NCBI RefSeq assembly: GCF_009834535.1
Contig: NC_045696.1
Location: 37,450,001 to 37,514,000 of the forward strand
Reading direction: 5' to 3'
Origin: Camelus ferus
Taxonomy: Eukaryota
DNA length: 64,000 nucleotides
The position numbers and the translations under genes are program-made. The notes below the pieces were generated by a model that was not told where the DNA came from, searched no databases, and saw only the letters and a program-made list of their open reading frames with translations. The stretch's first letter is position 1; every line of letters begins with the position of its first letter. Positions 12,251 through 24,926 of this stretch are shown piece by piece.

Positions 12251-12322
12251 GAGTGAGGGGAGAGAGAGAGAGAGGAGAGAGGGAGGGGAGGGAGGAGGGG
12301 GGAGAGAGAGAGAGAGAGAGAG
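12251..12322. repeat. Polypurine (GA)n/(GGA)n tract
   Basis: About 70 bp of nearly pure G/A: two GA runs around a G-rich core. Confidence 0.95.
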
Positions 12323-12669
12323 ACACTATTTGATTTCACATTATGTTTAGGGATGTATTTAGAGGAGCAAAATGATGACTGAATCTCCTAGCAATCCACA
12401 GGCAGAAGAGGAGAAGGCAACGGAGAAGAAAGAGAGAATGCTTTATCTATATCATCCCTTCTCCCATTAGTGAAATTTGATCCAGAGGTCATTAATTCCT
12501 CATACTTCACTTCCAAGTCTTTCACTTACAGACGCTGAGTGAGCCTCAGAGTATCCTGTGCTCCAGTAGCTCCAAGAGAAGTCTTGGAGTAAGAGCAGAG
12601 TCTCCTGTTGCAGGTGGGAGATGACGCACTGCTGGTTGTGTCCATGAGCAGTGTGAAAAACTATCTTTT

Positions 12670-13090
12670 CTGGTGAAAGGCTCAAGAACAGGGTCTGAGA
12701 TAGGGGTTCTGTGGTGGGAGACTGATTGAGGGCGTATTCTTCAGTATAAAGCTTTAGGTTATGCAGTAGAGCAGACTACAGAAGCAGAAAAAGATGAGCG
12801 ATAATGGAATCACAGCCTTGGTCTGACCCAGAAGGAACCATATGCTGAACCATAAGCATCACACAGTTGATCTCTTCCGCTGGAGGCAAGAGAGTTAGAC
12901 TTTTGAGTCCACATACCAGTCCATTATTGGCAGTAGGCTGTCCTGGGAAGGGTAGAGAGGATAAACTCCCAGCTGAGGTGGTTCCCTTCAGCTGAGAGCA
13001 ATATCCAGGAGAAGCCTTTAGGAGTCAATACTTAGCAGTTGGGAAACAGGTATACTGGCTCAGTAAATTGTACCTAAGAGCAGCTGTTTC
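12670..13090 (-). mobile_element. LTR16-like ERVL LTR
   Basis: aagaacagggtctgagataggg...cagctgagagcaatatccaggagaag...tcaatacttagcagttggg resembles the reverse strand of LTR16 and of 20264-20400. Confidence 0.6.
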
Positions 13091-13964
13091 AAGGGGCTCT
13101 TCTGCTGCCCTCCAGCCCACAGCACAAACTCTTGCTTAAGTGTCTCTGCTTCTTAAGGAGAGTTGCTGTGGCCCAGAAAACAGAGTCAATAAATGTACCT
13201 AAACTAAATCTAGGTGAGATCACTATTCTGCAAGATTTCTTATTGTTGTTCATATCATTACAAGGCATCTGTAACCTTATGCTGGGGAAAATAACACATG
13301 TATACTGAAAATACATAGTATTTAATGAATGCTACAGTATATCATGAGAGAAAACCAATTCGTTAATATAAAGAAAGTGGAGTCCACGGAAATAATATGC
13401 AGAGTGGTAGTAATATTTCCCAAATAGTCTCTTTGATGGTGGAGACAAGGTAAACACACTGACTGGCTTAAGGTACTACATTGAAAGTAGTTCTTTTTCT
13501 TTATTTTTGAAAGCAAAACTTTGACATTACCCATAGGAAATGTTTTTCTCAATGATTCTCTATTCTCCCCCTTTGTATCTTTATCTCCTTTACAACTTTA
13601 ATTTTAATTCACTCTCAACTACTCCCAATGCTCAACTTCTCACACCCATAATTCTCATGTGTAATCCACAAAGCATCTCATATTCTAATCATTTGAGCTC
13701 CTCTTTCTTTCAAGTAACTTCCCTTTCTGTCTTTTTGTCTGGGCCCAAACTTAACTATAGTATCTCTACAAATGGCTCAACTTAGTTTAAGTTTTACCAT
13801 ATGTGTATCTCAATAGCTGCATTCATATTTATTTATTTTTTTCAACATGCTGCTTACTTCTTGGACTTGAACTTGAACATGGTTCTTTTACTAATATTAA
13901 GGCCCTTATTTTAGAGATTTAACCTTCAAAGAAAAATACATTCACATCCTACTATCATGTTTCT

Positions 13965-14403
13965 GCATAAAGAAAGAAATAAGAGTTTTTTTGAGAATTA
14001 CTATTAACCAACATTTACCACTTGTTTCTGAATGCCAGTATAAGAATTTCTACATGCAAATCAGGTAGAACCTTTAAAAGTAAACTCTCTCCTTCCTGCA
14101 TGACAGGAGGTAGCTTTATAACTTGGAGTAAGTTACCTGCCAAAGTTTGTCTCCTACCCTCCCACGGAAATTGGGAGGCAGGGGCACTGTTTTCCTCGAT
14201 GAGTACATTTCAAAGGAAGATACTCTTGACTAAGAAATTAACAGGAGCTTTTAAAAAAGATTTACATCTCAAAGGAGCAGCAAAAGGATTTATAAGTTTT
14301 CTAAAGTATATCCTCTAAGAAAAGGGAGTTCAGGAGCCTAAAGGCAAAAAGAAATTTGTCTAATGTGTAGTCAAGATGAAGAACAACAAAGACACCTTGG
14401 TTG
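13965..14403 (-). mobile_element. MER31/MER67-like ERV1 LTR
   Basis: Diagnostic blocks atgacaggaggtagcttt, tacatttcaaagg, aaaaagatttacatctcaaagg, ctctaagaaaagggag, gtctaatgtgtagtcaag; left boundary uncertain. Confidence 0.7.
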
Positions 14404-15599
14404 GAACTCGCACTTCCTTCCTATATCTGCTCAAATGTTTTCCATCTCTTTTGCTTTTCTTGGCTACTCTCCATTAAATACCACCTTCCCCTACTTCCAG
14501 TACTCCTTGTCCCCATTGCCCTGCTTTACTTTTTCCCTGAAAATTATCACTGTCTGAATCATATACTTACTCTGGGTCAGCTATCTATTGCCTCAGAACA
14601 CAGCATAACCAGTGGAAACCCTCAGTAGCATACAATAAAGGGGTACAGAGAGTCATTACTTTTTAGGTTCCCCACCAATAACAGGTGGTGAAGTGATAAA
14701 TGAGATAAATATTGTCTGTGCCTTCAAAGAGCTTACATGTTTACCTGTGTGTAGGATGTTTTCTGAAGCCCTAGTTATCTTTAAAATATCCTTCTATTGT
14801 TTTAACCCATAAAAGACAATTTAAATGCTAATACAATTGACAGATAATATTTCTCCTCCCTTGTCATTTGAAATGATTTTTGATTCTTTATGGATAATTA
14901 GCCTGTATATTTGTGACTCCTCTTCCCTGTCCCCATTCCAGCTTCTCCTTTATCTCAGGTAATTTTTAAATTTCAATCCTCTGATTTTTCCTTATATTCC
15001 AATTGATCATTTTGTTTTATTATTTTTAAAAATTCTTTACAAAAAATGCTTGAGCTGCATTGGTTCCCTCCACATTAATCATATGCTCTCTCTTTGTTTT
15101 CATCTTTATTCTACATTTCTTCTGCACTTGGGGAAAATTTTGCTTACCACTACTAACTTAATTTTCCGTAGTAGTAATTCCCCTTGTTACTGCATCCAAT
15201 TCTTTAACCTGTTAGTATTGTTGAAGGTATATTTTTTTTCTTTTGAATAGCATGTTAGAATAATAGATTGTTTCTTTTTCAATGTAAACTGTCCCCTGCC
15301 CACTACACAAGGATTAAAATAGTAACTTCCAATTAACCTTTGCAGTAGTAGGGGTCTCTTTTCTTTCTTTTTATTTCATTGTTTTCATAAAAATAACATG
15401 TTGTATAAAAAATTCAAGCAGACATTCATGGCTGGTGTTATTAGTCGTGGTATTATTATTTTTTGTTGGCTCACTGGGTTTTAAAAAAGGAAACTTTTTT
15501 GATTCAGCTTAATCATTTTCAAGGAAAATTCTTCAAACTCTGATTTATTCTTTGATTATTAAACTTTAGTGATTACAGATTGTTTTGTCACTGTCTCAT

Positions 15600-16170
15600 T
15601 TCCTAGTAACTGAATTAAATCCAAATCCCCTTCTAAGTAAACCTACAGGATTCTACACATTAATTTCCAACTCTGTTGCCTTCTATTCCTTTGCACATAA
15701 TCTTTGCTCTAAGCACAGAACTTTTAACTAATACATAAGATCATCCCACAAGTTAATCCCCTGCAGGTTTGTACAGATTACTACTTGGACCTGAAATGTA
15801 CCACCCTTCTCTACATCCTGTCAACTTTTAAAATCCTCAAACATTTATCTCAAATATTCCTTCTTCAAAAAACTTTCCGATTCTTCCAGCCAAGTGTCTT
15901 TGTGTTTCTCTTGTGAGACTTTGTCATGTTTCTTACACTGTGGTTGTCTGTGAAATGGATTAGCCCTCCTACATCACATTCTGACTTGTATGACTATCAA
16001 TTCAGAGTTTATTGTTTAATTTCCACTCTATTAAAAGCATTACAGAAGATAAGACTTACTGACTTATATAGCCCTCCCAGGACACAATTCATTGTTTTGC
16101 ACATACGAAGGGTACCAAATAAATATTTTTAAAAATTACTTTGAACATGGAATAAATCTATGAATAAACA
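15600..16170 (+). mobile_element. LINE-2 3' fragment
   Basis: Ends in an L2-like tail (gcacatacgaagggtaccaaataaatatttt...tgaataaa) preceded by pyrimidine-rich L2-type blocks. Confidence 0.5.
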
Positions 16171-16772
16171 GCAGAACAATGTTATTATAATAAAAGCATC
16201 CTGAGGGTTAAAATTAATTGAGATATAGAATTTAACTTAATTACTTAGAATTTTAAATAGTCTGATAGATATAATGCAAATTTCACAAAAGGTCATGTTT
16301 CTAATAGGCCAATATACATTTTTTTTTGGTTCTTGTGGAAAGAGTAGCTTTTAAATAATCTATATATCATTGCACATAGTAAGCGTTGCCTCACAGCTGC
16401 AAAGCTCTACAACAATATATATGGAAAGCTCCAGTTCTTGTACTAGCTATGCCCGATAAATTCTTGTGTTCTCAGTGCAAGTTTCTAATGCAATTAGTTT
16501 CCCATGGCATTGATATGGAAGAGTAGTTAAGGACATGCCTTTTATTAATCATCCACAGAATGAATATTGATACATTAAAACATTAATCATCTTTATTACC
16601 CTATTTTTAACCTATTTATCTTTTCATAACCAAAGGACTGGAAGACAAAAACCTACCCTTTGTCATAAAAGCACAAGAGTTCTAATCATAGCCAAAAAAG
16701 TGTAGTCTTCAAAAGGATGTACCTCCTTACTCCAGTCATCATAAATAACCATTATAACCTATGGGGTGGAGA

Positions 16773-16774
<2 letters not shown>

Positions 16775-16807
<33 letters not shown>
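16775..16807. repeat. (CA)n microsatellite
   Basis: Uninterrupted AC run. Confidence 0.97.
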
Positions 16808-16808
<1 letters not shown>

Positions 16809-18284
16809 TTATATAGTTGCATATGGCCATGGCTAAGACATAATGAAGTGCTAATTCCCAGTGTTTTAATCGGTATATTTTGATGTTGCCAATTAACTGT
16901 ACAAACTGCTAGTTGAAGCACACCAGTGGTGTGCAGTTTATATTTTTGTCATCACTACTGATCTCCAAAGTAAACCTTTCCTATATAATAGCACTATTCA
17001 TCTTTGTATTTTAAGAACATGAGTAATATGTGGTTTATAGAGTTGGAGACAGTTTTATGGGGAGTTTTATAATATATGTGAACATCTTCACACACACTGT
17101 AGGTTATCCAGAGGAATTCTATTAACAAACCTACATCCTAAAGACACCAAACACCAAGTCGAAGGAAGAATGAATTCAGAGCAAACCCACTCTGTTTTTG
17201 CAGAAAATCTTTTTACTTTTGAGTACACTAATTCTCACAAATAGAGAAACCGCAAGACCAGTAAAAAGGGGGGTAACCGACTTCAGAAAAAAATTATATA
17301 CTGCAGAGAATTAATACCTAGATGCATATTTTAGAGATCACTTTTTAGAATTTATAAGAGGATTTTTATAAAGGCAACATTCAGGTTTGATAAATTTGCC
17401 AATGCCAACAAGCTTACATTATAATATATTTAATATTGTACAGAAAATAAAAAAACCTATAAAGTCAAATGATGGGAAACTTTTGTTATGAATAAAATAA
17501 AGTGTGACTAATTAGTGAGAAGAAAAGAATAAAGTGGAGAGAAATCCATAATCACTGCAAAGAGGACAATCTACCTGTGAGTCACACACAGCATAAGACT
17601 CAGAGCTACTCATGCCATTCTAAAACAAACACACAAACACATAAATTAAAAAAACTGTTTGGGGCCTGAGAAATGAATTATGTTCTTCAGAACACAAAAA
17701 AAGTGTTAATTTTAGTGTTAGTTTTATAACCAAAATAATGTAAAATATTAAAGCTCTACAAGAAGTAGTAACATGGTATAAGAAGCCTTACTCAGTTTTT
17801 TAAACACATCAGAATCTTTGAAAACCAATTTTAATTCTGTTGTTCCTACTTTGAAACAACTTCTGAATACGCAAAATGATGACCAAAAGTTATCCAACTG
17901 TGAATTTAATGTAACCTGTAGTCAAATAAGTTTAGAAGCAAAGTTATAAAAATGATTTTAGTATTTTCCAGCAGAAATATCCTTAATATTTAATATAGAT
18001 TTATTTGATACACTTACTGTGGAAAGATGCTTTCAACTGTTAGTATCTTTGGCTTATGAAGTCTTAAAAAGAAGATGACAGTTTTCTTTTTTTTTTTTTT
18101 TTAATATAAGAATGTATTTGAACTTGAATGTTCTTTCAACAAAATGTGAAAATCATTTTATCATATGCCATCACCCACCAGAAAGCATCTACCATACAAT
18201 AGCCACAAAACAACCAGACAGACAGAATGACTCTGCTAGCTGACATCAGTGATCTGCCACTGACCACTGCAGGCTGGAACATGG

Positions 18285-18784
18285 TAGTACCAAACAAGGC
18301 ACTTAGTGTCCTGAAGCGTACAGAAGCCAATACTATGACGCAGGCTTTTGAGAAAATAAAGGGCTTTACCGCAGTGTTTATAGGCAATAAGATGGGAGGC
18401 AGGGCTCAAATTCACCTCCCCAGTCCAGGATATGGTCAAACTTCTATGAGTTAGGGAGGACAGGTTGGTATGTGGATGTGCTGGTGGTGCAGGTTTCCTC
18501 TGGAGGGCTTTGGAACTCAGCCATTTATGGTGAGGTGGTAAAGGGGCTTCAACACAGGATCTTCTTGTGCAAAGGACCCTTCACTTCTGAAAGGGAGCAA
18601 GTTCCAGTTGTATTCAGGTCCTTTTGTCCCATGGGAGGGGCAAAAATTTGGTTGCAGGTATTGCATCAGAATTTTCTCATCTGTACATGGACATGATTTA
18701 TGGATTTTCTCTGTTGTCTCTGAAAAACCACTCTATCCGGTTAGAAACAGGATAGGGCCACTTTGAGCTGGGTTTGCTGTTACA
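18285..18784 (-). mobile_element. Solo LTR (ERV1 class) nested in the ERVL integrase
   Basis: Perfect TSD ATGG (18281-18284, 18785-18788); right end gttaca; left end degraded (tagtacc); removing it rejoins ERVL sequence. Strand from recalled similarity. Confidence 0.75.
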
Positions 18785-19666
18785 ATGGGTTCATGAATAA
18801 GGTAGCTTTGGGAGCAGAAGTGGGGGATATGCATGGCCCTAACAGCTTAGTCACCAAGTCTGACCTAACTAATACTGCTGTCCAATGTCAAACTTGCCAG
18901 CAACAGAGACTAACGGTAACCCCCAAATTTAGTTTCTTAGGTAAAGATGCTATTTGCTGTTGAGTTAATTGTATTAGATCCTTTCCCCACTGGAAGGAGT
19001 ACTGATTTCACTTTAACTGAAATAAACACGTATTTCTACAAACAGATTTTACTTTCCTTCCCATGGTTCTTCTGACAGTATCACAGTTTGAGAGCTTACA
19101 GAGTATTTGATTTACTGACAAAGAATCTTGTGTAACATAAATATAGACCAAGGAAACTATCTTTCTTTAAGGGATGTGTGGTATTGCATACTTGATTATG
19201 GGATTTACTTTTCCCACATGCTACATTTCTGAAAATCTGCCACTCTGATAGAGCTGTATAAGCCTTTAAAGACATTGCTGTGGTGCCAGCTTGGAGATGC
19301 TTCTTTGAGAGGATTAGCTGCTTTCCTCATTAGCAACCGTCTAGTACTGTGCCCCCAAAAGGTAGAACACAAGGTCTGGCAACTCCTTGTGATGTATTAG
19401 GGGATGTTTGCTTCCTGCCTTTGCATTCTAGACTCAGAAGATTTAATGTTCCTCTTTCTCAGAGGGGGATCTTTTCTGTCAGTGGACAGAGTAAGAATTA
19501 AACTTTATGCTACAGGCTGCCACCCAATTATCTAGGCTCTTTGTGCCAGGGGACCAGCAGGCAAGGAAAGAAGACATTACCCTGGCAGATAATTGACTCT
19601 GATCATCAGAAGGAAGTACAGCAGCTGCTACACAGTGGGCAGGCAGGAAGATGCCTGGCATCAGGA

Positions 19667-19887
19667 CAGTGGTGTGCTGGTGTGGGCTCTCCAGCCTGCT
19701 CATCAAAGCCTGTTGTGAGAGTCTTTTCCCAGCTCCTCATTCAGTTATGCAACATTTGTAGCTTTCAACCAGCCATGGTTGGATAATTTTTCTATAGAAA
19801 TCAGCAAATACTTTGAAGCAGGGATTTGATTTTCTTTCCTTTCAGAGAGCTGGGTGTTAAACATTGGCCTTTGTCAGCACATCATTC
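19667..19887 (+). mobile_element. MER63-like hAT DNA transposon (non-autonomous)
   Basis: Terminal inverted repeats cagtggtgtgctg / cagcacatcatt; internal MER63-like blocks (ttcccagctcc; agccatggttgg; gagagctgggtgttaaacatt); imperfect 8-bp flanks catcagga / catctagg. Confidence 0.75.
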
Positions 19888-20263
19888 ATCTAGGTGAGTT
19901 TCTGGGCCATCTCTTGGTACTCCCTTGACCAATTTTAAATCACTTAGTGCAGCAGTCACAGCATGAGAAAGGGTTGGGGATGACAAGCTAGGACACCACA
20001 GAGAAGGGAGTCTGGCTGCTCCATCAGGTAAGCCACTTAGATCCGCAGAGATGAGAGCTTAGGGGAATTTAGATTTGATATTAGAAGAAGAAATAATGAG
20101 TATCTTGAAGGCAGCTGTAGTAGTGAGGACTGTAGTTTTCCCCACTAAATTTACTTTTTTAAAGTTTCCTCAGAAAGAGACTAACCAAAATGCCTGGAGA
20201 TGCCTTCCTAGATGTATCGAATTTATACTATACAAGTGGATTCAAGTATTTCAAAGTGTAGGC

Positions 20264-20400
20264 TGCAGTGCATATTTCCACGTTTTACTTACATTCCCCT
20301 TCAAGACTGAGGCACTCATACCCCAGCTGCTGGAAATATTGGACTACTGAGGGCACACAACTGAGTACCTCCATGGAAATTATCCTTGGTCTAAGATAAG
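20264..20400 (+). mobile_element. LTR16-like 3' LTR, truncated
   Basis: Begins TG after a degraded polypurine tract; aagactgaggcactcataccccagctgctgg is LTR16-like. Confidence 0.6.
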
Positions 20401-20582
20401 CTTTCTCTAATAAAGTTTTACTGAATTTTACAAATTAAACATCATCCTTTTGCCTTAAACAAAACTTTTTTTTTTTTTTTTTTTTAACTAGGTGCTTGGT
20501 AGTGTCTACAAGAACAGAGCATGTGACTACAAAAGGTTTCTGGAAGAGATTGTAAGGTTGGTGCATATATGTGTGGAGGGGT

Positions 20583-20609
20583 TGTGTGTGTGTGTGTGTG
20601 TGTGTGTGT
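20583..20609. repeat. (TG)n microsatellite
   Basis: Uninterrupted TG run. Confidence 0.96.
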
Positions 20610-22499
20610 CAACTGTTTTTTAATAAATGGTTAAATTGATTTTTAAAAATAGGTCTCATATTTGCTTTCCTTTTAATGTGTTACCTGGTGGTGATATTGT
20701 AGGAAAGAAGGTGTATCTTCTTCATTTATCTTTAATTATTGAAGCTTACCAATAGGTACAAAACTAACATAGTGCAAACACCGTATCAGCATAGTCACTT
20801 TGCCACACTTGATTTCTTGCTTGAAAGTATTAACTGAAATCTGAAGCTCAGCAGCAAATAAGTCATAAACTGAGATAAATCACTACCGTCACATCTGTTG
20901 TCATCCACATCTATACAGAATGAAAATGCCTAGGCCACCAGGAATCCTCCTTTGAGCGCAACAAACAGATTAATTGGCAGCGTTTTTTCTTTCATTGCAA
21001 TGGTCGTTAAGATACTGTAATTGAGAAGTGAATTTGAGTGTCCATATGTAGGAAGTTTAGTGATGGGATAAACTGTCCATTTTCCTTTTATATCAAGGAT
21101 AACTCACAATCAATGTCTATACACCCTCCCTACTGGATTCTTTACCTCAGCACTAGACTTCATGCCAAAAGTTACTCTAAAAGAATTACTACATATCTAT
21201 CATAGTAATAATTATGTACAAGTATTATACCATCTAATCCTGTAAGATATATTATGAAATGAAGCTTATTTATATATCACTCCCCTGTTTGCATTGCCAA
21301 ATAGTCTGCTTGTATCTTCTTCCTAAAATTTATTTTTCAGTTCCACTGTTATATAGTTTAATTAAAATATTTATTAATATTTGGAGAATGACAATTGCAA
21401 AACTGGATTTTTTTTAAGCAAGCAGCAAAAAAAAACATGTTTCACCAAAGATGAAAAACAAAGTTCTTGGTTTCTTAAAACCACTGTTCATTAGTTGTCA
21501 CAAGAAAAAATTCCATAATTCCTAGCATTTACCCCTGTTTACATTAGTTTTGATCTAACTTTTCCAAATTGCCTAAATTAACTTACTATATGGCCATACT
21601 GTGTTGGTTGTAGAGGACCCAGGAGTAAAGAGACATGGGTTTCCTGGAGTAGTTTATAGTTAGTAAAATTTTGTATATAAACTAACAAACAGGATAAAAC
21701 AATGTCAATACATACAATTTACTAAGTGTTTACTTTGTCCTGCATTTCTTATGTACATTTCATGTCTTAGTTTAATCAAAGGAAATGGCAATACTTTTTA
21801 TTTTTGGATTAAATAGGGTTTATAGAAGTTAATTTCCCTACTGCAAATCAAATTTTAAATGAGATTCTGCTGATACATGACCATCTGAAATGTTTTTTAT
21901 CATTTTCCTTATGACTGGACAAAAAATTACATATTCTTATATCATAATATACTACATAGGAAATACAGTAGGAATGAACTGAACATTTGTATTCAGTTTG
22001 CAGCATTCTCCATATATGTACATTTTATTTTAAAGAGTCAGAATCAGGTTTCATTATGGTTAGGAATCCATATTTAAATTTAAAAATATTTCTTGAAGCA
22101 TTACTAAGTTCAAGGCATTTGGATTTTTTAAAAATGGAATACTTACTATGATAGGTGGTAGAAATATATTAAAATACAGGTAAAAAAATAAAAATAAAAA
22201 GCTTGGTATTTTGAAGATTCCATTAAAATAAAATACAATAGATTTAATAATCCATAGAGTGGGTGTGATACAGGGGAACTGATGCCCAGATATTCCCCAA
22301 GGTAAGCTGGGAAGAATTCACTGGGGCCATTGCTCATCTAAGCTTTGATAAATAAGGAGTCTGTCAGGTAAATAAGCAGAGAGAGAAAATATCAGATGTA
22401 GAAATTGTGAAGATGCTGTTGTGAGAAAGAATTTGGTTTGTTTAAGACACTGAAAAAGCCCCTTGTAGTGGGAGCATATGAGTGAAAAGAGAAGTAACC

Positions 22500-23928
22500 C
22501 AACACGAAGATGACCCACGTCCCTAAAGTAACCTATGGCTTCTCCTGAGCAACGCATGACAGACTGGCTCCATCCTGTAACCCAAATGAATGGCAATCTG
22601 AGGACATTTCAGGCTAGGAAATGTCTTCCCTGATATCCCTTACACATTCAAGAATTCAGGTTTTGTTTCCAGCGGGTAAAGATCTAGTAACTGACAAACT
22701 CTGGGGTCCTAGAGCCACCCTAATTGTACTGCAGACTAACTCCTTCCTGACATAGAACCCACGACACAAGGAATGACCCGAGCAGAGACCTACTCCACTT
22801 CAGATGGGAAGGACGTGGGTCACAGTGTTAGCGAGGGATAATGCAGAGGGAACACAGCCTGGTGACTCCTAGCCTGCTGAGCCCCAGGGCCTGAGTTGCC
22901 ACTGGACCACCTGCTTATGTACTCTTCTTCCCATACAGCACTTCTTCCCGAGGCCTTAAATGAGGCCCTAAACATATTTTTGGTCCCTGAGCCCTTTCCC
23001 ATTTTCTTGAAATTCCTCTCTTTACTGTAAATGAGTGAAATAGCATACTCTTAGACATAAAAGATTCCTTATATGCCAGCACATCTACTCTTGCATTTGA
23101 AGGTGAGGTTTTTACATCAACAGCTTGACTGCATCTGCCTAGCTTGCAGTGATGGCCAAAGGGTTTTTCTTAGACGATCCATCTCACTGCATCCCGACTC
23201 CAACTTAGACATATAGAAGCCAAGTGATTCAGTCTAGGTTATTGTACTCTCCTGCTAGGTCAAAAACACTTACCAGCTTCACGGAAATAGGCATCATACC
23301 TTTCTGGAGCACTGTTCACTTCATGGATAATATGGTCACAGAAATATTTTTTTTTCTTGTGAATTGTAAAGATAACTGTGTTTTAAAACTTTTTTTAAAA
23401 TCACCAGGATAAATCCCTCCCTCTTCAATCATTCCATCACTGTTAATTGAAGTCAGACAAATCACCCTCAGACCATAGCAAGGAAACAGGGAGAGCACAG
23501 AGTTTAAGGAGGAAATTTTACTGGAGGAAAGAGCAGTTTTAAAGAGGAGGTGGGGATAGAGAGATTCATACCCATGAAACAGGAACCATAAAGAAGGAAT
23601 GTTGAGAGCACACAACTTAAGGTACAAGCTTTCCGACCATGAAAGGTATCTAAAAGAGATTCTGCTGTCTTAATCACAGCTCCTGGACAAGAAGTGAAAG
23701 ACGTGTAGCAGGAGGTCTCAAGGGGCCCCTCTACCACCTTCGGTGGTTAGCATTTCTAAATTTAACATGTGTTCCCTCTCTCTTACTAGGCTGACTGCAC
23801 CTCTTTCTTCGCAAAGCAACAGAGGTAACATTTCCTACTGGATGGCGGTCTTGGAAATCCCAAGTTGTGCTCTGTGCCACTCCTTTTGACTCCTGTATCT
23901 TCCTAGGAATATTTCTAACCATGTTACA
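22500..23928. mobile_element. One or two probable old LTRs (~22520-23117 and ~23441-23928), family unassigned
   Basis: GC-elevated blocks of about 500-600 bp ending in ttaca (tgttaatt...atgttaca for the second); no TSD found. Confidence 0.3.
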
Positions 23929-24600
23929 CTGAAATCATCAAAAAAAAAAAAATTGTCAGTTATTTTCATAGAAGGAATAGTGTATTTTTTCTAGGCTTCT
24001 CAAAGCCCACAGGAGTGCCTGGCTGCCTGGCTCATAGTCGGTTCTTTATAATATAAATGAAACTGAAATTAAGTCCCCTAATATTTTGCCTATAAATTTA
24101 AATTTGTCTTTAAGCTTCCAAATGCTAAGATCTCATTATTCCAACCCCATCTCTAGCTCAATTAGCACAAGTTAAATTTTTCATATCCTTCTATTCATTT
24201 TTCAGACATTGATTCCTTTGTTAAAATTAAATACGAAATAAAGACTAGATCCAAGAATTCCCAGAGCAGACAAAACCATTTAAGCTACATATACAACACT
24301 AAATCTAGCTTGTTTCATAGAACTAAGTGAAACTTAGGTTACTTCTTGTAAATGCCTCTGATGATCATAAAAGAAAATTGTCATCTACCCCCAAATGGTA
24401 CAAAATAATCAGTTTTAACCATCCTCTACTATCTGAAAACCCTCACTGTAATAGCCAATCACTATAAAGGTTAAACAACTTCCTCAGTTTTACTTTATAA
24501 CCTATCTTCTAACATCATGCCCCTGAGGTTCATATTAGTTTTAAACTTGAAAGATTCTAGTTTACAAACTGTCCTTAAATGTTCAATAAACTTTTCTAAT

Positions 24601-24880
24601 TTTTATTTTTTTATAGTAATGTGTGTCTGTTAATCCCCAACCCCTAATTTATCCTTCCCCACCCTTTCCCCCTTGGTAACCATAGTTTACTTTCTATGTC
24701 CATGAGTAGGTTTTTGGTTTGTATGTAGAATTTGTATCATTTTTTTTTTAGATTCTGCATATAAGTGATATCATATATTTGTCTTTCTCTGTCTGACTTA
24801 CTTAATATGATAACCTCTAGGTCTATCCATGTTGCTGCAAGTGGCATTATTTCATTCTTTTTTATGGCTGAGTAAGATTC

Positions 24881-24926
<46 letters not shown>

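Larger units (their letters stand above)
18140..20263 (+). mobile_element. ERVL-class internal region (degraded pol/integrase), probably the LTR16-associated element
   Basis: ORF 18763-18963 contains KSDLTNTAVQCQTCQQQR, matching the CxxC half of the ERVL integrase zinc finger; later blocks (gaccaaggaaac; accctggcagataattgactctgatcatcagaaggaag) resemble ERVL pol; runs into an LTR16-like LTR. Many stops and frameshifts. Confidence 0.75.

Noticed and set aside
18080..18137. Poly(T) plus about 30 nt as an orphan retro-insertion
   Set aside because: The putative TSD (gttttcttt / gttcttt) is too short and low-complexity to separate from a simple T-run expansion.
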